Origin: Trichosphaerium sp. ATCC 40318
Taxonomy: Eukaryota; Protista; Tubulinea
Direction of reading: 5' to 3'
Assembly (NCBI GenBank): GCA_038496445.1
Contig: JALMLS010000516.1
Coordinates: forward strand, 1 to 64,000
Length of the DNA stretch: 64,000 nt
Shown here in pieces: positions 12,762 to 26,253 of the stretch (its first letter is position 1; the number at the start of each line of letters is the position of its first letter). Under the pieces are notes generated by a model. The model was not told where the DNA came from. It did no database searches and saw only the letters and a list, made by a program, of their open reading frames with translations. The translations under genes were made by a program, and so were the position numbers.

Positions 12762-14030
12762 TCAATATTCTATAACTGGATTTGGTGGTATCTCGTCATC
12801 AATGATTTTACCAATTTTAAAATCCACTGCTGTTCCGAAATTTAGGTGTGCCGTAATACCAACAACACGGACATGTACTTTACCATCCAAGACAACAGGC
12901 AAAGACCCTTGAAGTAAATATTTTGATATCTTAGTCAATAATGGTATTAGATCTTCTTCGTGTAATTGGCTAAGTTTTTCAGAAGTAAACTCGAAGTCTA
13001 TTGGTAGTCTCTACACCATTAAGTTAAAAGCTGCTTTTTCAATAGAACTGCATACCACTACATCGCTTGATACAAGCGTAGGCTCCGTGATAACTACCTG
13101 TTTAAGCTTAACAAAAGAGCATTTTACATTGCTTTTTTACTTACGTTTCCAACTCTATACCCAAAAAGACTTACGTCAAAATCTGCATTTTCTAGTAATA
13201 CAGAGACATAGTTCCTGTTGTCTATTACCATCTCGAACTAATTAAAAAGTAAGGGACAAGCAAAATCAACATAAAAAAAATAGTTGGAGTTTTTTTTCGG
13301 TTACAATGACGTTTTATGCAAAAGATGGCGTACAAAAAATGTGGCAGTTATAACAGGTATTTTAGTGTATGAACTTATTGATGCTGTAAATAGAGGTAGT
13401 TAGTTATTACAAGACGTAACCCTATCTTACCATTTTTGTATTTGGCGTTTTGTACACTAAACTCTATTGGCTTAGGAGCTAAAGCTAAGCGCAAATGTAA
13501 GTTATTGTACTATTACGTTCGATAACAAAGGACTTGACAGGTAGTATTCATTGAAACAAAATGACACATTTCTGTTGGAAAAAAAAACTTGGTAAGGATA
13601 GAATGTAGCCTTACGAAAATTATATTAATGTAAAATAAACCAGTGTTCGTTTAGAAGCTATATTAAGAAACCGAAATCACGTGTATGTCAAGGAACACAT
13701 GTGTTTCGAAAACTGGTTTTTTTGTGAAACAAATCGATTGTATCAAACACTACAATGTTCAACGACAGATACGTACACGCAAAAAATATGTATACGCTTA
13801 GCACAACCATTATAACACCAAAAGATTTCCAAATTCTGTAGAACTTCGTTAATTGAATTCAAGTGATTTTCTAGAGTTAGTTTTGATGCAATTTGCCAAA
13901 ATCTGATACCTTCTATACCGTAGTGCCCGTAATCGCTTAATGTACTCCATTTGATCACTATCTTGTACATTTTCATCTAAAGACAGCTTCTATTCATTGT
14001 TTGTACTTGATACGATGACAATTGTACCAT
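12762..14030 (-). CDS. Membrane-anchored LEA_2/WHy-like domain protein
   Basis: TM segment (GVIMVVLSVYIFF), then FEMVIDNRNYVSVLLENADFD...LPVVLDGKVHVRVVGITAHL. Stop at 12762. 5' end uncertain. Confidence 0.45.
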
Positions 14031-14232
14031 CTCATTGTTTGTACCTGAACTTTCTTGTTCACAGGGCGTCTACGTAAAGCCAATCCCCTCTCGTTTATCT
14101 TATGGCTACGAGAAAGCGTAAGAGCGGCAAAAGGGTTCGACATCGTCTTATATGACCCGTTCTGGGGCCTTTTTAGATTTTGGTCATCAAAATTATGCAA
14201 ACAAGGCTTTTTAGTTATCCCCTAATATAACA

Positions 14233-14831
14233 ATGATAAGAACTGTAATACTAGCACTATTCGTAGTTGCAGCAGTAGTTGCACAAGGTAAAGCCGGTTG
14301 CGAATGCAATGATGGAAACAAATGCGCTTGCTGCGCTTCGTACGAAAGTGGTGTATTCAAACTAGAAGCTTGTGCTAACCTCGAATGGTCACCAGCCAAT
14401 TCCGTACGCGCTCTTACATTAAATCGCCTCTAACGCATTAAATAGAGCGTAGACGCAACTATCACCGTAGGTGGTGGACAAGTACTCCAGACTGTCTTCA
14501 CAAGTACGTTTAAACAACGCTAAACGCTTAATACTTAACTACGGTATAGAAGAGAACCCAGAACAATGCACAAATGCAGGTGTATTCAAACTCTGGTACG
14601 TAAACCCTAAACCCAATTCAATTCCTATAAACTTGCTAATGGAACCTTTCTTTAAGCTTTAAAATGGAAAACGCAACACTCACAAAACAAGGTGCATGTG
14701 CTTGCTTCGGTCTACACTTTGAGACTTTTGGTGTATCAGTAAACACACCGCTAGGATACATGAATGTACCTGATAATACATACAACTGTCCAAGCACAAG
14801 CAAGGAAAAATGCTCAATCGGTGATTTGTAA
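14233..14831 (+). CDS. Small secreted Cys-rich protein (DUF4773-like)
   Basis: Signal peptide MIRTVILALFVVAAVVAQG, then CECNDGNKCACC...ACANL; three short introns; stop TAA at 14829-14831. Confidence 0.7.
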
Positions 14832-14949
14832 AAAAAACACAAACAAAGACAGTTACAATCAAATAAACAGACCTTTCCTGAAAAAGAATATACATGGACG
14901 ATTGTCCGATTTTTATTTGTCAAAGTATTTTTTTTTTTCCACCACAAGC

Positions 14950-15560
14950 TAGCCAGGAGGCAGGGGTAGGAGATTGGGTAGGTGGTTCAGTTGTTGGAGC
15001 TTGGGATGATTGAAACTCCAGCAAGGTAGTTTGTGTACTGAGCGTCTGACTTTGTCATGAATCCGAGTATATTGCTTGTTTCTGTTCTAATAACTATGTC
15101 ACCAACTGATATTGTGCCATTGAAAAAGGCAAAAGATTCTGTGACTGAAAGAGAAACGCCAAGTAAGTATCAAAGCTGCAAAAAACAAAAGAAAACAGTA
15201 AGTGTTTTGAGCTACCTATCGTCTACTTTCGCAAGAGTGTATGATACACCTGCTACGCCATATGCTACCAAATACCCTTCAGCTGCAGAGTATGCTCCAA
15301 AAAGGTTCCTGTTGTGACACCTGAAACGATATCTACAGAAGATCCAATTTTAGCACCAAGGGCACTAACTCTTTGAGCAGTGATTGTGTTGATTCCTTTT
15401 ATGAGAACCAAGTATTCGCTTTGCGCTTCATGAGCTATCACGTTTGGTCTTGATGTTGATTGTCCAAAATCAAGCTCTAATGAAGTTCCTTCTCCGTTGT
15501 CAGAAATATTACGTCCAGCTACATAGTTGTCCAAACCAGTTGATGAGTTGTACTGCCAAA
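14950..15560 (-). pseudogene. Frameshifted fragment of a secreted-type protein with a PT-rich linker
   Basis: Coding-like stretches (GLDNYVAGRN...GVTTGTF / GAYSAAEGYLVAYG / ESFAFFNG...GVSIIP / APTTEPPTQSPTP) join only through two frameshifts. No clear N-terminus. Confidence 0.4.
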
Positions 15561-15732
15561 TGACAAAGCAGATACACAATGTGAGTTCACAGTAACGATT
15601 TGTTTCGAGAAAAGAAGTGTATTTAAACATGAAGAGAACACTAATAACAAAGCTTGAAACCTCCATTAGCCAGCTGATGTTTTATTTTTCAAAAGAATTC
15701 CTGTACAAAAAAAAGGTTACACCAGTTAAGCT

Positions 15733-17531
15733 TTATCTTGAGCGAGATCTATAGCGCCTTGGCGGTGTCCTGGACCTATATCTTCTCCTAGGGCTCCGAG
15801 ATCTCCTTTGTCTTGGAGGACTAAGTGACATATCAACTCGTCTTCTCAGTGGGCTTCTTGATCTTCTCCTCAACGGACTTCTAGATCGCATTCTACGTCT
15901 TGGTGGTGTACTAGAATCACGAAGTGGAGAACGTCTTCTTGGTGGTGTTGAAGATGTATTCAAAGAAGAAGGACTCCTTGAACCAGAAGAGTTACCTGAG
16001 TACCTTGGAGGGCTTCGTGATCTAAACGATACAACTTTGTAAGCTACCCAAAAATATAAAGAAAAAATAAGCCAAATAAACAATAGGTCTGTCTGGCATT
16101 GTCTTGTCTGTTTTTTTGTTACCTATTTGCTGGAGTATCATTAACGATACGTCTTCTCTTGGTGTTGGGTTGTGGTTTAGTATTACTATCATTCTCTAGA
16201 CTTCTCTTACGGTTGGATTGCTTTGCACTAAAATTTTAGGTTAAGATAACTTTGGCAATATTTTTGTAGTACATACGGGGTATCTAGGCGTTGGTTGAGT
16301 CGGTCGACTACAATTTTTATTTTAGTCTTCATGCCAGTATTTGCAGTATTTCTATCAGGTCTAATACAAAGGAATAAATGAGTTTTTTTTGATAAATCAA
16401 CAAACAACTGCAAAAAAAAGAAAAAAGAAGGTATCCGCACTGGTTTTGTGTTTTATGTACAGAGTCTTTACTTGGTGAAATACGTAGTCTTTTACCAAAG
16501 AAAGTAGGTGTAGTGAGAGAATACGACTTTTGTGCGCCCTCTAACGTTGTAAACTCAATATAAGCATACCTAAAAGCAGAGAAATATTAGCTCTAATTTT
16601 TTTGTTTGTTTGTTGTCTTGCAGTACACAACTGTTTCAGTCACGTGGGATTTTCCTTTTTTTTGCAATCTATATAAATATAAAATATCATTACTCACTTT
16701 TTCTTTAGTGCTGGGTCTCCAGCAACACGAAGAAAGTTAATATCGCCGCAACTATTAAAAAAGTTTCTTATTTGTTTATGTGTTGCCTAAAACACGTGAG
16801 CACATTATCAATGGCTTCGCTGTACCTTTGGTGAAATATTACTAACATATACTGTCCTTGATACAGCGTCTTTCAGAGAGTTAAGGTCAACAGAAGGCTA
16901 AAAAGCAGTGAGACATCAAAAGGCTGAAAAACAAGAAGATGATCTGAGCCTACCTTTTTTTTCTTTGTAACTTTTTTAGGTTGTTTTTTCTCCTTCTCCT
17001 TGTTGTCCTGGTGTTTTATTTAGCCTGTATTGACGTCAAATACAGTGTACGTACGCTTGCTGGCTTTGGAGCTTGTGGACGTTTGGTAACGGTTTTTTTC
17101 TCAGTACTTTTGCTTGCGAGCTGTATATCTATTTTTTGGCCGCACAGCGAAGTACCTTACGGGTATAAGCCAGTATTTACAATATAACGTTACCAGAGAG
17201 GAGAAGAGCTGTAGGAAATGCTGAAACGTCTGCAAACTCTACAGTAGCGCGTCGAGAAGCTTCATTGGCGCTTTTAGAGCTAAGTTGATATTTAGTGACA
17301 TTTCGTTTCAGGTGTCACGCTAAAACGATGAAAAACGCACGGTAGTGTAACGCGCGTAATATCACCGCAGATTGATAGAAAATCTTTTATATTTTGTGCC
17401 GTAAGCTTCGCAGGTACGTTATTTATGTAAATAGAGTGAGATATATGGCTGTTGGAGGTAGTTGTCGCGTTTTTTAGATCATCCTGCTCCGTTCTGCTTG
17501 TTTGTTGCTGTTTTTGCCTACGTCTTGGCAT
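15733..17531 (-). CDS. Two-RRM SR splicing factor, SRSF11/SREK1-like
   Basis: RRM1 SIYINNVP...CGDI; RRM2 RTVYVSNI...FFNSCGDINFLRVAGD...YAYIEF...FFGKRLRI; C-terminal RS/SP domain. Confidence 0.8.
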
Positions 17532-17885
17532 AAGGTCAATTAGCCTTTAAAGTGAACGCAGCTACATTCAATTGCGCATTATGGTCGGCAGAAGTCAAGA
17601 ATTCCAAAACCTTGTTGACAAAAACTGTTGCTTGATGTTTGACAGTTTGAGAAGGACGGTTTGTCGAACCTGGCTAGAAAAGATGAAGGTATAGAGCTAA
17701 GGTTATCACGTGTCACGTGCTATTCTAGTAACGTTTTGGAGACAGGCTGATAGCGCACCGTTGTAATTGAAAGAGAAACAGTGTTAGTTTTTAACCAACT
17801 TTTTTTCAACTCTCAGACAATTGGTTGTAAGATACAACCCCCTTTGGCGCCGGTTCCAGGGACTGAACGCTTATTCACCACACAA

Positions 17886-17968
17886 GATGGTGTAGCCAGC
17901 TGGTTAAAGCAGCTTGATTAGAAATCAAGTACCCTTGGGGTTCGCAGGTTCAAATCCTGTCGCCATCG
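17886..17968 (+). tRNA. tRNA-Ser (anticodon AGA)
   Basis: Acceptor stem GATGGTG/CGCCATC with discriminator G; anticodon arm CTTGA-TTAGAAA-TCAAG; long variable arm; T arm GCAGG-TTCAAAT-CCTGT; T5 terminator just downstream. Confidence 0.95.
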
Positions 17969-18140
17969 ATATATGTGTTTTTGTATTTGTAGAAGGCACC
18001 CTTATAATGCTAAAGGGTGTTGGTTATTTCGTACATTGTGCATAGTATGGGATCAACACAATTTTGGTGCTTTGAAAGAATCACGTGAGCTATAACCTAT
18101 GAAAGTTATCACTATTTTAACTATGATATATCGGTCATTT

Positions 18141-19973
18141 TTATAACGGGTGTAGTTTATTTACTCTACAGGACAGATAGTGCCTAGAAAAAAGACGATA
18201 AGCAGGGAGAGAAGAAGGTTTTTGTATTTGTTGAATGGTACCTCCTCGGTTCTTTGAAGTTGTCACGTATGGATTTCTCTCAGGATCAGGACACTTAACC
18301 GTAGCTTTAAAGTCTATCGCATCAGGTTTTGCTGCATCTGGTAGTTGCAAAGAGTTCCATAGGTTTATTGCACCAGCTTCGTGAGCCTTTTTAGAAAAGT
18401 GAAAGCTGTTGCAAATGAGTAAGAAATAAAAACATCAAGGCGACGTTGTGTACCAATCAAGAGCGAAATAGCTTCTATCAGGAATACCCATTGCGTCTAG
18501 AGGCAGTTTACTATTCTAAGACATATTAGAACAAACCACAAATGGAAGAAAATAGGAACAAAAGAAATAATTTAGTGCTTCTCCAGTACCTCAAACATAG
18601 GTTGGATTATTATGGTAAAGTCTTCTTTATCATATTTAGGAAGAGTAGCAAGCTCTCTAGATATCTTAAGGTACTCCGACCACATTTTTGTGGTGTACTA
18701 GTACAAGTTAAGAAAGAAAATGAGCTTATTATTACGTACTGCTTTATCATCTGGAGATCCTACTACACATGGACAAGCGTACTGGTGGACTTGTTCACAT
18801 AATTCATCACCGATACCCAGATCGCTAAAGTAACACTTAATTGTTTTTGAGAAAAGACTCTTCAGCTAAAGTACGCTAATAGTAGTGGATTCAAAACAAG
18901 TTGAAGATTCACTATAACTCTAGGTATTTCAAGCAATGTATCGAGTGCTAACTAAACAGAATCACGTGAGAATGTTTGTAAGTACGGAACGAAACTTGTG
19001 TACCTCCATATCAAATCTACGAAGCGCAGCCGAATTAGGGTCTGGGATATCATGTTGCGTTTTACATGCTGGGCAGAGGTTGTTATCTCCAATGAATAGG
19101 CTAATAAACTTCCAATCATTCTCATAGTCAACTTTGGGATCAGACTTCATTTTCTCAATGAGAGTCTCCGCCTATTTAACAGTGTTAATAGTTAACTCAC
19201 TATGTATTCAAAAAAAAACTAAGAAATACCTGGTAGGGCATATTTGAGGTGTATGCGCCAGAAACTGTGAAAAAAATGAGAAAGAGTAAGAAAAACCAAG
19301 TGTGTAAATGCCGGATGGCCTGTACTTACGAGCTCTATTTAAAAACGCATTAGGATCATCTGGGCCACCTATACCAACTGATCCACCTTAAAAGTAACTT
19401 ATTTAAGGAGATAGCAACATTTATAAGACCCTTACCGTAAATGTTCTCGTTGTATCTTTGAAAAAAGTTCGTTAAAGTTATTGCGTTTGCATCATTACCA
19501 ATATCCCAAGCCACGCCTCTCTATGAAAGTTTAATGTTGATGCAAGACCTTATAGCTCTTTACTTACATAGTCAAAGTTCCAGCACTGTTCCTCAGGATC
19601 GTAACAATCAGCGCCAAATCCAGCAGTTAGAGAATCGCCAAGAGCAGCGATTGTATCAATATCTATTCAAAAGAGAAGGTTCAGCTTTTGTCATCGAAAA
19701 GTCGACCCACGTTTTTGTCAAAAAAAGGAAATTACGCTCAACACGCCGAAGGTTCGTATTATTGTTACGTGTACCTGAAAATTTTAGGCAATGGACGTTT
19801 GTAGGCTTTACGGCACTTCTTTCAATATGAGGGCAAGCCCTTTGTTGAGTTGTATTACCAGGTGGTAAGAGTTTTCCCCGTGATTTAATTAGTTTCCCAA
19901 TCATTTCGTTACGATCATAGCCAAACGTTAACGTAATACAAATCGCGCTAACAAGAAGCACAATAAAACGCAT
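18141..19973 (-). CDS. Secreted phospholipase B1-like SGNH/GDSL lipase
   Basis: Signal peptide; PTNVHCL..DI..IAALGDSLTAGFGA; RGVAWDIG; VDYENDWKFISLFIGDNNLC; C-terminal FHFS..AH. Confidence 0.88.
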
Positions 19974-20263
19974 TGTATTGTATTAGTATCAATACTGTCA
20001 GCAGAGTGTACCAATCTTGACCGGTATTTCAATTTTGTCAGAGGCTTAAATTTTTACTTGAAGCTTCAACTTTTTTAGCCTCTTGGGTATCAAAACAATC
20101 ACGTGCTAATTGTGTTGGTTATCAAAACTACTTGCAACTATTCGTTCCAGCTGAACCACACTTAACTGCTTGCGGTGTGGTAGTCATAATATGCGTAGTG
20201 CTTAAAGTCAAGATTTTGATAAACTGAGAACGGTAACACCTGCTATCAAGCACATATCCTCTA

Positions 20264-21530
20264 ATGTCATTTCTACAATCACTCATTGCTTCAGGCGTTA
20301 CAGCAGCAATAGCTAAAACGGCAGTAGCGCCACTTGATGTACTTAAAGTGCTGAAGCAAGTTAACCCAGGAAAATACAATGGTAAGCGTCCAGAAAGGAT
20401 TCAAGCACTATCTTTTCGCTCAAATATAGATTTGTAACCGATTTTAGGTATTATGGGTTATTATACAATTTTGACGGATGTACTGAGCCATGGCGGCTAT
20501 ATGGCGCTGTGGACAGGCAATTTGATGAATATTGCTCGCTATTTTCCTACTCAAGTACAAACACCATAAACATCGCTTACTATCGCATTTAACAACCAAT
20601 TAGAGCCTTAATTTCGCATACAAAGGCTATTGTGTTAACTTTGTGAATGGTTTGGGACTAAAGAACAGCTTTATGCGTAGTATGTTGTCAGGTAAGCCAA
20701 TAATAAAATTATCATCCAACTATCACGTGTTTTGAATAATAATAATAACGAAAAAACTTTGCAAGCTTAATCCGAAAAAATAGGTTGCCTTGCAGGATGT
20801 GTAACACTTGGTGGAGTGTACTGGATGCAAGCAATATCTACAAGGTATAGTTTATTTGGTTTGTAACGGGAAACAATACTCTCTTTGACTGTGAAAAGGT
20901 TTTTTGTTACAAAACTAACTTTGTTTTAAACAGGTCCATTGCGAAGATCCTTGATCCTACAGTTGTTGCTCAGCATTTGAATATCTTGGATCTATATAAC
21001 GTATGATCCGATAGTATTTTATTGTTGACAATCACGTGATTTGACTTTGGACACTAGGGATTCTTTGTTAGTGTTGTTGGTATCGTTGTTTATCGTGCAG
21101 CTTATTTCGGCTTGTATGATCTTGGTAAATCACACTTCAAAGACTTTGGAAGCAAGTTTATATTTGCATGTGGTGTAACATCTCTTGCTGGATTTATTTC
21201 ATTTCCTCTTGACACAATAAGGTACAAAAGCCAATAACAATCCATTGTTTAAACTTTTTTTTTCTAGGTGCTATCAGCTCGTACATCAAACAAACCCTGT
21301 TGACACCATACTACAAATATTCGATAAAGGGGTATGATTATAACTTCCTTGTTCCTTGTATTGTTAACCCTTGTTTGTAGGGTATCTCTGGTTTTTGGGC
21401 TGGTTCTGTTGTTAATTTTCTTCGTGGTATTTTATCTGCGTTTGTATTAGTAGGTATTGATATTGGTCGTGAGAACTTTTGGCCAAAAAGAGATCAACAA
21501 AGGCCTCAACAAAGGTCGCGACATTCGTAG
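20264..21530 (+). CDS. Mitochondrial carrier (SLC25), divergent ADP/ATP translocase-like
   Basis: Spliced product has AKTAVAPLD, GNLMNIARYFPTQSLNFA, SVVGIVVYRAAYFGLYD, SFPLDTIR and NFLRG. Stop TAG at 21528-21530. Confidence 0.88.
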
Positions 21531-21865
21531 TTACATGATTACTTAAATCATAATTGTCAAAATAAAGTAGCCGTACAAAGCTGATTACTTGTTTTATTTC
21601 TGAGTTGCAAATAAACACCAAAATACAAGCGTATCACATAGGCTTCTCTCATGTCTTTTTAGCAAGACCATTTTTAACAGCTTACATTTATGTCTCTTGG
21701 TGTTAACATCAATACCTTGAAGCTACCTAATTGCAATTCTTTTTTTTTTGGTACAACTTCTGTTCACGGATTTTATGGATAAGAAAATGACACTAACAGA
21801 ATTTATCATAAATTGATGGTATTTGTTTATTGAGTACTATTTTAACAAGCTATGCATACATATCG

Positions 21866-24334
21866 CTACTTGAAATTGTGTACTAGATTATTTACATGTT
21901 CCAATTCTGCTCCTTCTTTCAGAGAAACAGCTTTTATTGTAGTTTCAGTGTTTCTTTGTGTCGGAGTATTCTCTTTGCTGTCTAGTTATGAGCTGTGCTA
22001 CTGACAAAGATGAGAAGTTGCACAAGAAAACTGCTCAACAATCCTTGAATTCGTTGCTGTTTTCAATCTCATCTTCGACACTTCTTGAAGCTAACTGACA
22101 TGATTTTTGGTCCAAAACATTTTTCGTAACAGCAATGCCCATCTCTGTTGTCTAGCTCACTAGAGGCAGCTAATGGGTTGTTTAAATAAGACAAAATGTT
22201 CAGGTTTTTTTGCAATTTAATAGAAGTCGGTTCAGCCTGTTTCTCTACAAACAAATATATTTGGTCACTACGGAATGCCTGTATATCACAGTGCAATGGC
22301 TTGGTCAACGATAACTCATTTATAAACTTAACCATTACTTTTGACATTCGTTTAAATACAATAAAACAATAGCAATGTTGATTAATAGTACATTATTAAA
22401 CTACAACACAGCATGAGTACAGCTGCAAACCAAAATAGGCTTATTGATACTACGTTCATAAAGAAACCACTAAATAGTCCAATGGCCATAAAACAACTAA
22501 CAAGGCCGAAACTAGGTGTGAGGAAAATTTTGAATCTATTATGAAAAAAAAACGTCAGTTTGGTTAAAAAAAAATAAAGTTGATCAAAAATCGTAGAAGT
22601 ACGCACGTGTTTACATTTGTGCAAGTTCGTTCTATACTCTTAACTATATTTCCTTGTAATTTTTGCATTTTTGAGACATCTTTGATATTAGTGGAAGGTT
22701 GTTTTCGGTTCTGAAGACTCAGTAATAATTCTCGTAATTCAGATAAAGTTTTAGTATTGTCTGTAACTTTTTCGACCTTAATCTTAGTCTGCTTGTTGTT
22801 TTCTTTTGCTTTAATTATTTTTTTTGATGCTTCTGATAGTCTGTATGCCATAGTATCCTACGTTGAAAAACTTTAGAGCGAACTATTGACAAGACGGTAC
22901 TGTTCTTTGAAAAAAATTGTTATTTGATTTTTATAAAGCTTACTTTTTCTTTGTTTGCAGCGTCAAGATTAAGCTGTAGCATTCTATTATCGTAATTTAC
23001 TTGTGTGATGTTAACTAAATATTGTGAGTAAGTATGTAGCTAATGGTAAGGGATTATTGAGAAGTTATTCTGTTCTATTCGGTACGTGCGTCTCATTTTT
23101 CTTAGTTTGCTTGAAGCCATTTCTTTGACGTGTTCAATCATGTCTATAAGTTCGCTATTCTCCTCTGTTATAGATTGCATCTTTCTATCCATTGAGATCA
23201 TCCTATCTTTTGCTTTACTCATTGTAGTCTGATGAGAAGCTTCCATTATCTGCTTTGATTTTTGAAGTGTTTCAAAGTCTTTTTTTAATTGAATCAACTC
23301 AACCGAAGCTTGATTGTTTTTTTCTTCCACTTCTGAAACACGTGCTAATCACGTGAATACAAAATATCAAAAAAAGCAACTAAAGTATAAGAGGTACCTC
23401 TATCAGCTGGTAAATCTTCGAGTTGTTGTTCTAACGCCGAGTACTTCTCTTGCAAAGCCAAATACGCAGCGTTTTGAACTTTTCCATCTTCAACAGCCTT
23501 TTTAAATCATCTACTATCTTTAACTCTTCCTTCATTTTTGCTAATCCTTCTTGATCTTTTTCTAGACCTTTTATACGTTCCAATAACGAAGCATTTGATG
23601 TTTTTAATTTTATAATTTCAGAGTCGGTAACTTTTTGTTCTTCAAGTTGCTTTTTAAGTGACGATATCTCGTCTTGTTGGTTTTTTATCATTATTTGATG
23701 CTCTGCTATAGTTCTTTTCGCTGTTTCAATATCATTATTTACGTTTTCTTCATGTTCACTCATATCTGATTGATAATAAGCAAACTTTAATAGAATCCAC
23801 GTGGGTTTTATAAAAGAAGTAGATATACCTTTTTTTTGCTTCTTTTCACCATTTACCCCGTTTCTATGTAAAACAGAAGAGTCTTTATGTACAGTATCTG
23901 CACCATTATTGTTTATAGTCGTATCTTGATTAGAAATATCATTTGATGCCTAAATGTAAATTAAATAAACTAACGTAAACCCACGTGATATTTAAGCGTC
24001 ATATGTGTACTTACAACAGTTGATTCGTGTGTTTTAGAAACATCTTCTTTTTCTTTTATTTTTTTCGCGAGCGGCACCTCTTTGCCACGTGCACTTACAA
24101 TCTATTTAAATATATGAGCGTAACAGCTACAAAAAAACATAAATGAACCCGCTTACTTCGGTCATTTGAATAAACTCGTCTTCTCTATGCAATACAAACT
24201 CCTGTACGTTGACGTTAGTTATTAATTTACAAAAGCGAGCGAAAAAAAAAACGGTCAAAAAAAGAACTTGCGATGTATTTCCAGCGTATGCTTCTTGGTG
24301 CGTATTTCAAACTATGTAAAATCAATCGTTCCAT
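21866..24334 (-). CDS. Hypothetical coiled-coil protein with C-proximal transmembrane segments
   Basis: Consecutive heptad-rich exons (23431-23763, 23040-23330, 22564-22851), then a hydrophobic exon (22382-22540). Ends approximate. Confidence 0.55.
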
Positions 24335-24769
24335 ATGCCACCTCCTGCATTGTAATAATAAAAGGGAGTACGGAGAGTGTTCACGTGCGCACAAAAGCAA
24401 TAAGAGATGGAGCTCAAAAATGCAGAAACTAAGATTACAATCATACAATCTAGATTGAGCACAGTAGAGTCATTCCAACCGGAGGGTTTTATATGTAGTT
24501 AGAGTGACACGAAGTTATTGATCGCAATAATTGGGAAGAGCAAAGTACATTGTTTTTGTCAAACAGAGGTATGCTACCATGCACTCAAGTCATATGAGGA
24601 GCGCTTAGTTTCATGTTTACACATTCTATTTTTGTTTTGTTTTGCATTACAGTTTTTGAGGTTAACACGCGGTACCTCGAGTCACGTGACTGATAGGAGT
24701 TTTTGTGTAAGCAAAAAGCAACAGAGATCGTTTGTTGGTTTGTTCTCATTGATCGGCTTGGAACTACAC

Positions 24770-25343
24770 TCAAGCATGTTGTGGCTTTGGCCGTAGCCTT
24801 AAAAGCGCGTGTACTCTTGATTCGTGACCGATTTCGTACTGTTCAAGTGTCCAGACCTTCTGCTTCTCTACCAGAAAAAACGATTCTCAGTTGATCAGAA
24901 GTTATTCCCCAGTCTTGGGCTATGATGCTCTTGACTTCATTTATAGTGTTTTTTGAGTTAACTGCAATTCTTTTCAATGAGGAGTTTGTTTCGATATAGA
25001 TTTCTATATCACCTTGTTTTATAGGTACGACGTTAACCATTGAGTTGTGTTTTATGTAGTAAGTGTCTATTCTACTCTTATTATGTAATTGGCGGTTGTT
25101 AAAGCGTAAACAATACTCTTGAACATCTTCAATCGCTATCAGAATGATTAATAAAGGGTTTGCAATGTTGAACAAAGCTAGCACGGCCAAAACAGACGAA
25201 ACATGCTTTTGGAGTTCCAAATACGTATCAAACGGCGTACCATGCTGTTTTTTAAGCATTTCTTTAACTTCGTTAACTGTTGTTGTGCATTTCACATCAA
25301 GCGTCACTGAGCTGCCATCTGGTAATGTAACGGATATCTTCAT
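24770..25343 (-). pseudogene. Tandem di-ubiquitin-like (Ubl-Ubl) gene with a frameshift in the second domain
   Basis: Ubl1 MKISVTLPDGSSVTLDV.... Ubl2 ...QLRIVFSGREAEG continues only in another frame as WTLEQYEIGHESRVHALLRLRPKPQHA*. May be a sequencing error. Confidence 0.65.
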
Positions 25344-25543
25344 GCGGTTTTTATGCTGGTTTGTACTGTTGACGTATTTTGGGAGTTCACTTTCAGCAAA
25401 TTCAATTCTTCAAGCTCGCCAAAACTAGAAATTTTATTCACGGCGTTTGATAAGCGGGGTAGTTTGTTACTTTCGCTAGTTTCCAGTGTAACAACTTCGG
25501 TGAGTAGCAGTTCAATCAATGACAGATTACGATAGAAAAAGTG

Positions 25544-25673
25544 TGTTAATGCAATGTAATTTATTGATTTGTAATGGGTCTCTGGCTACGTTGATCCAGG
25601 TAGGTCGCAGCCGAGCGAGAGTCTCTGCTCCAATCTGGTAGAGTTGGGCTAACAAGAACAAGTGTATCTAACA
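25544..25673 (-). mobile_element. Possible short solo LTR (copia-like termini)
   Basis: GC-richer 130-bp island with TGTTA...TAACA ends and AATAAA near the 3' end on the minus strand. Flanks match only 3/5, so no clean TSD. Confidence 0.3.
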
Positions 25674-26001
25674 GAGTCGCCATTGTAATGAAGACAAGCT
25701 TATTATTAATTATCGGTTGTAATTGGTAACTTAAGCTCGATGTCAGCCTCGTACGCAAATCACGTGGAATATTTTGAGCTTACCGGTTGATCAATGGCCG
25801 ATGCATCCAAAAAGTAACGTGAGATCTATGGCAGATGACGTCACGTGACTTACAAAGCCAATTTTGGACGCTGAGTGCTAGTAGTAACAAGTGATTCTGA
25901 GATCATAACAAAACCTTAGCTACCGAAATTACGCATTCCTTTCCGCCACTAAGAGAAAACGCAAAATAGTTTTTTCAATTTTGAAGCTTCAACAATCCAG
26001 T

Positions 26002-26253
26002 TGTAAAAAGGCTCGTATTTATCCTATGTAAGTTAACTAGATACACTAGTATATACTTACTAGATAAATCCAGGAGAGACGTCTGTCTCTCGTTGTTCAT
26101 CTCTGTAAGGAAATTGTATAATTTCCTTATCTGTAAATAGTAAGTTTACAATTACTAAACGTGTACATAAAATAAACAGATTATTAACTACCAACAAGAG
26201 TTACACCTCTTCTCCCTATTAACTAACTAGTAAAAGGTTCGGACACTTTTACA
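26002..26253 (+). mobile_element. Solo LTR (252 bp) with 4-bp TSD
   Basis: TGTAAAA...TTTTACA terminal inverted repeats; CAGT at 25998-26001 and 26254-26257; internal TATA-like sequence and AATAAA. Confidence 0.75.

Noticed and set aside
24843-24845. In-frame TGA in the Ubl gene as selenocysteine or readthrough
   Set aside because: The ubiquitin-like continuation is in a different frame, so a frameshift explains it.
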